The translations under genes and the position numbers were made by a program. The notes under the pieces are model-generated. The model was not told the origin of the DNA, ran no database searches, and was given only the letters and a program-made list of their open reading frames with translations. A stretch of 63,926 nucleotides of DNA, the filler included, from Intoshia linei (Eukaryota > Animalia > Orthonectida): NCBI GenBank assembly GCA_001642005.1. It is 4 parts of 4 records of this genome, joined end to end, with 100 filler letters (N's around TTAATTAATTAA, not from the genome) between each part and the next. Parts side by side here need not be neighbours in the genome. Positions count along the whole stretch, not along the records: positions 56,980 to 63,926 come from LWCA01001618.1; 3 more parts are not named here. One strand, written 5' to 3'. Each line of letters starts with the position of its first letter. The stretch's first letter is position 1. Shown here one piece after another: positions 62,862-63,926 of the stretch.

Positions 62862-63926
62862 CAGTGCGCGACATAAGTCTTAGGCACCCCATTGTAATTA
62901 ATTTAAACACTCCTGGTTTATGATTTAAGAAATTTTCTTATATCATATCTAGTGTATGATCAAGAACAAATATTTAACAACCCTAAAAAAGTAAAAACTA
63001 TAAAAATTTTTTGATAATTAATGAAATATAGGTATTTTTAATTATAATTGCAAAATTCCGAGCATATAACATAAGTCTTAGGCACCTATAAAATATTACA
63101 ATTAATTATGTTAATTAAATGAAAAAATTAGATACATATATATAAAATTACTAATATTTAGTATAACTGATGCAATTCTTCTGGACAATGAGGCATAAAA
63201 ACCTTGAATAGTTTATAGAGGTACGCGGTCCCCTTCTTCCTGTATAAATCTTTACAATTCTTCTAAATTGGTTGGATGTAGCTTATAAACTTTATCTTTC
63301 AAAATTTTCCACATATGTTCAATAATATTTAGATCTAAGCCTTGCGTAGTCCAATCTTTTAATGTTTTTATACGATTTACTCTGATAAATCGGCGAGTTG
63401 TCTTTGCTGTGTGGCACGGTGCTCCATTTTGCTGCATCTTCACTCCATGGAAAAAATTTTACTCATTTGCTTTTCCAAGGATTCTTTAGTATTCTTGAGC
63501 GTTTACTCCTTATTATTTAATCAATATTCTTTTTCCATCTTCTTTAATATTTCCCCAAATCATAATTGATTGACTATGTTTTATACTTCTACTTGTGTAC
63601 CTTGACAAAAACTTTGTTTTTTTGGATCTTCGTACATATACTCTCCTTTTTGAAAACAATTCAAATCTACTTTCATAAGTAAAAGCTACATTTTGCCATT
63701 GGTTCGTCCATGCCACTTTTGCTTTAAACCATTTTAAACGCTTTGATCTGTGATTTTTTTTTAGAAACGGTTTTCCAATTGCAATTCTTCCATATAATCA
63801 AAATCTATATAATACACGTTGCACCGTCTTCAAACTTTGATTTTTGGAATTATTTGAGTGGTGTTTGACCTTCAAAGCTGTCAAGAATGGGTTTTTAATT
63901 GATTCCCTTTTTATAATAGCCTCTTC
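62862..63926 (-). mobile_element. Tc1-family element with degenerate transposase (continues beyond the window)
   Basis: TA|CAGTGCGCGACATAAGTCTTAGGCACC TIR with an inner DR at ~63069. Peptides WQNVAFTYESRFE, IMIWG, QQNGAPCH and QGLDLNIIEHMW, with frameshifts. Confidence 0.9.

Overview
This is a very AT-rich eukaryotic (metazoan) genomic window with many short GT-AG introns, some only 34-60 nt. It is not prokaryotic, and I see no CRISPR array, operon or rRNA. Spliced protein genes reconstructed by eye: a DC-STAMP-domain protein (DCST/sneaky/SPE-42 family, -), cytoplasmic cysteinyl-tRNA synthetase (+) with an antisense tRNA-His(GUG) in one intron, a very divergent Gemin5-like WD40/TPR protein (-), NADPH-cytochrome P450 reductase (-), neurobeachin/LRBA (-), an Aa_trans-family amino-acid transporter (+), and a complete 4-exon CAAX-type complexin (-). 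Introns and intergenic DNA are full of DNA transposons: a multi-copy non-autonomous Helitron, Tc1/Tc3 elements, Buster-type and hATm-like hAT elements and MITEs, and piggyBac-like and pogo-like MITEs, often nested. Three 100-nt assembly gaps (N44-TTAATTAATTAA-N44) coincide with missing ends of four genes. The compact, AT-rich, fast-evolving character suggests a reduced parasitic animal such as an orthonectid; this is inference only. I found no convincing wholly new multi-gene system. The most notable observations are: a 63-bp copy of neurobeachin exon 2 inside a hAT MITE about 5 kb away; a candidate 18-nt frame-preserving microexon and a lost FMN-stacking Tyr in the P450 reductase; an inversion that splits a Tc1 TIR and a Helitron end; and a tRNA-His with a genomic G at position -1. 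Exon coordinates were read by hand and may be off by a few bases.
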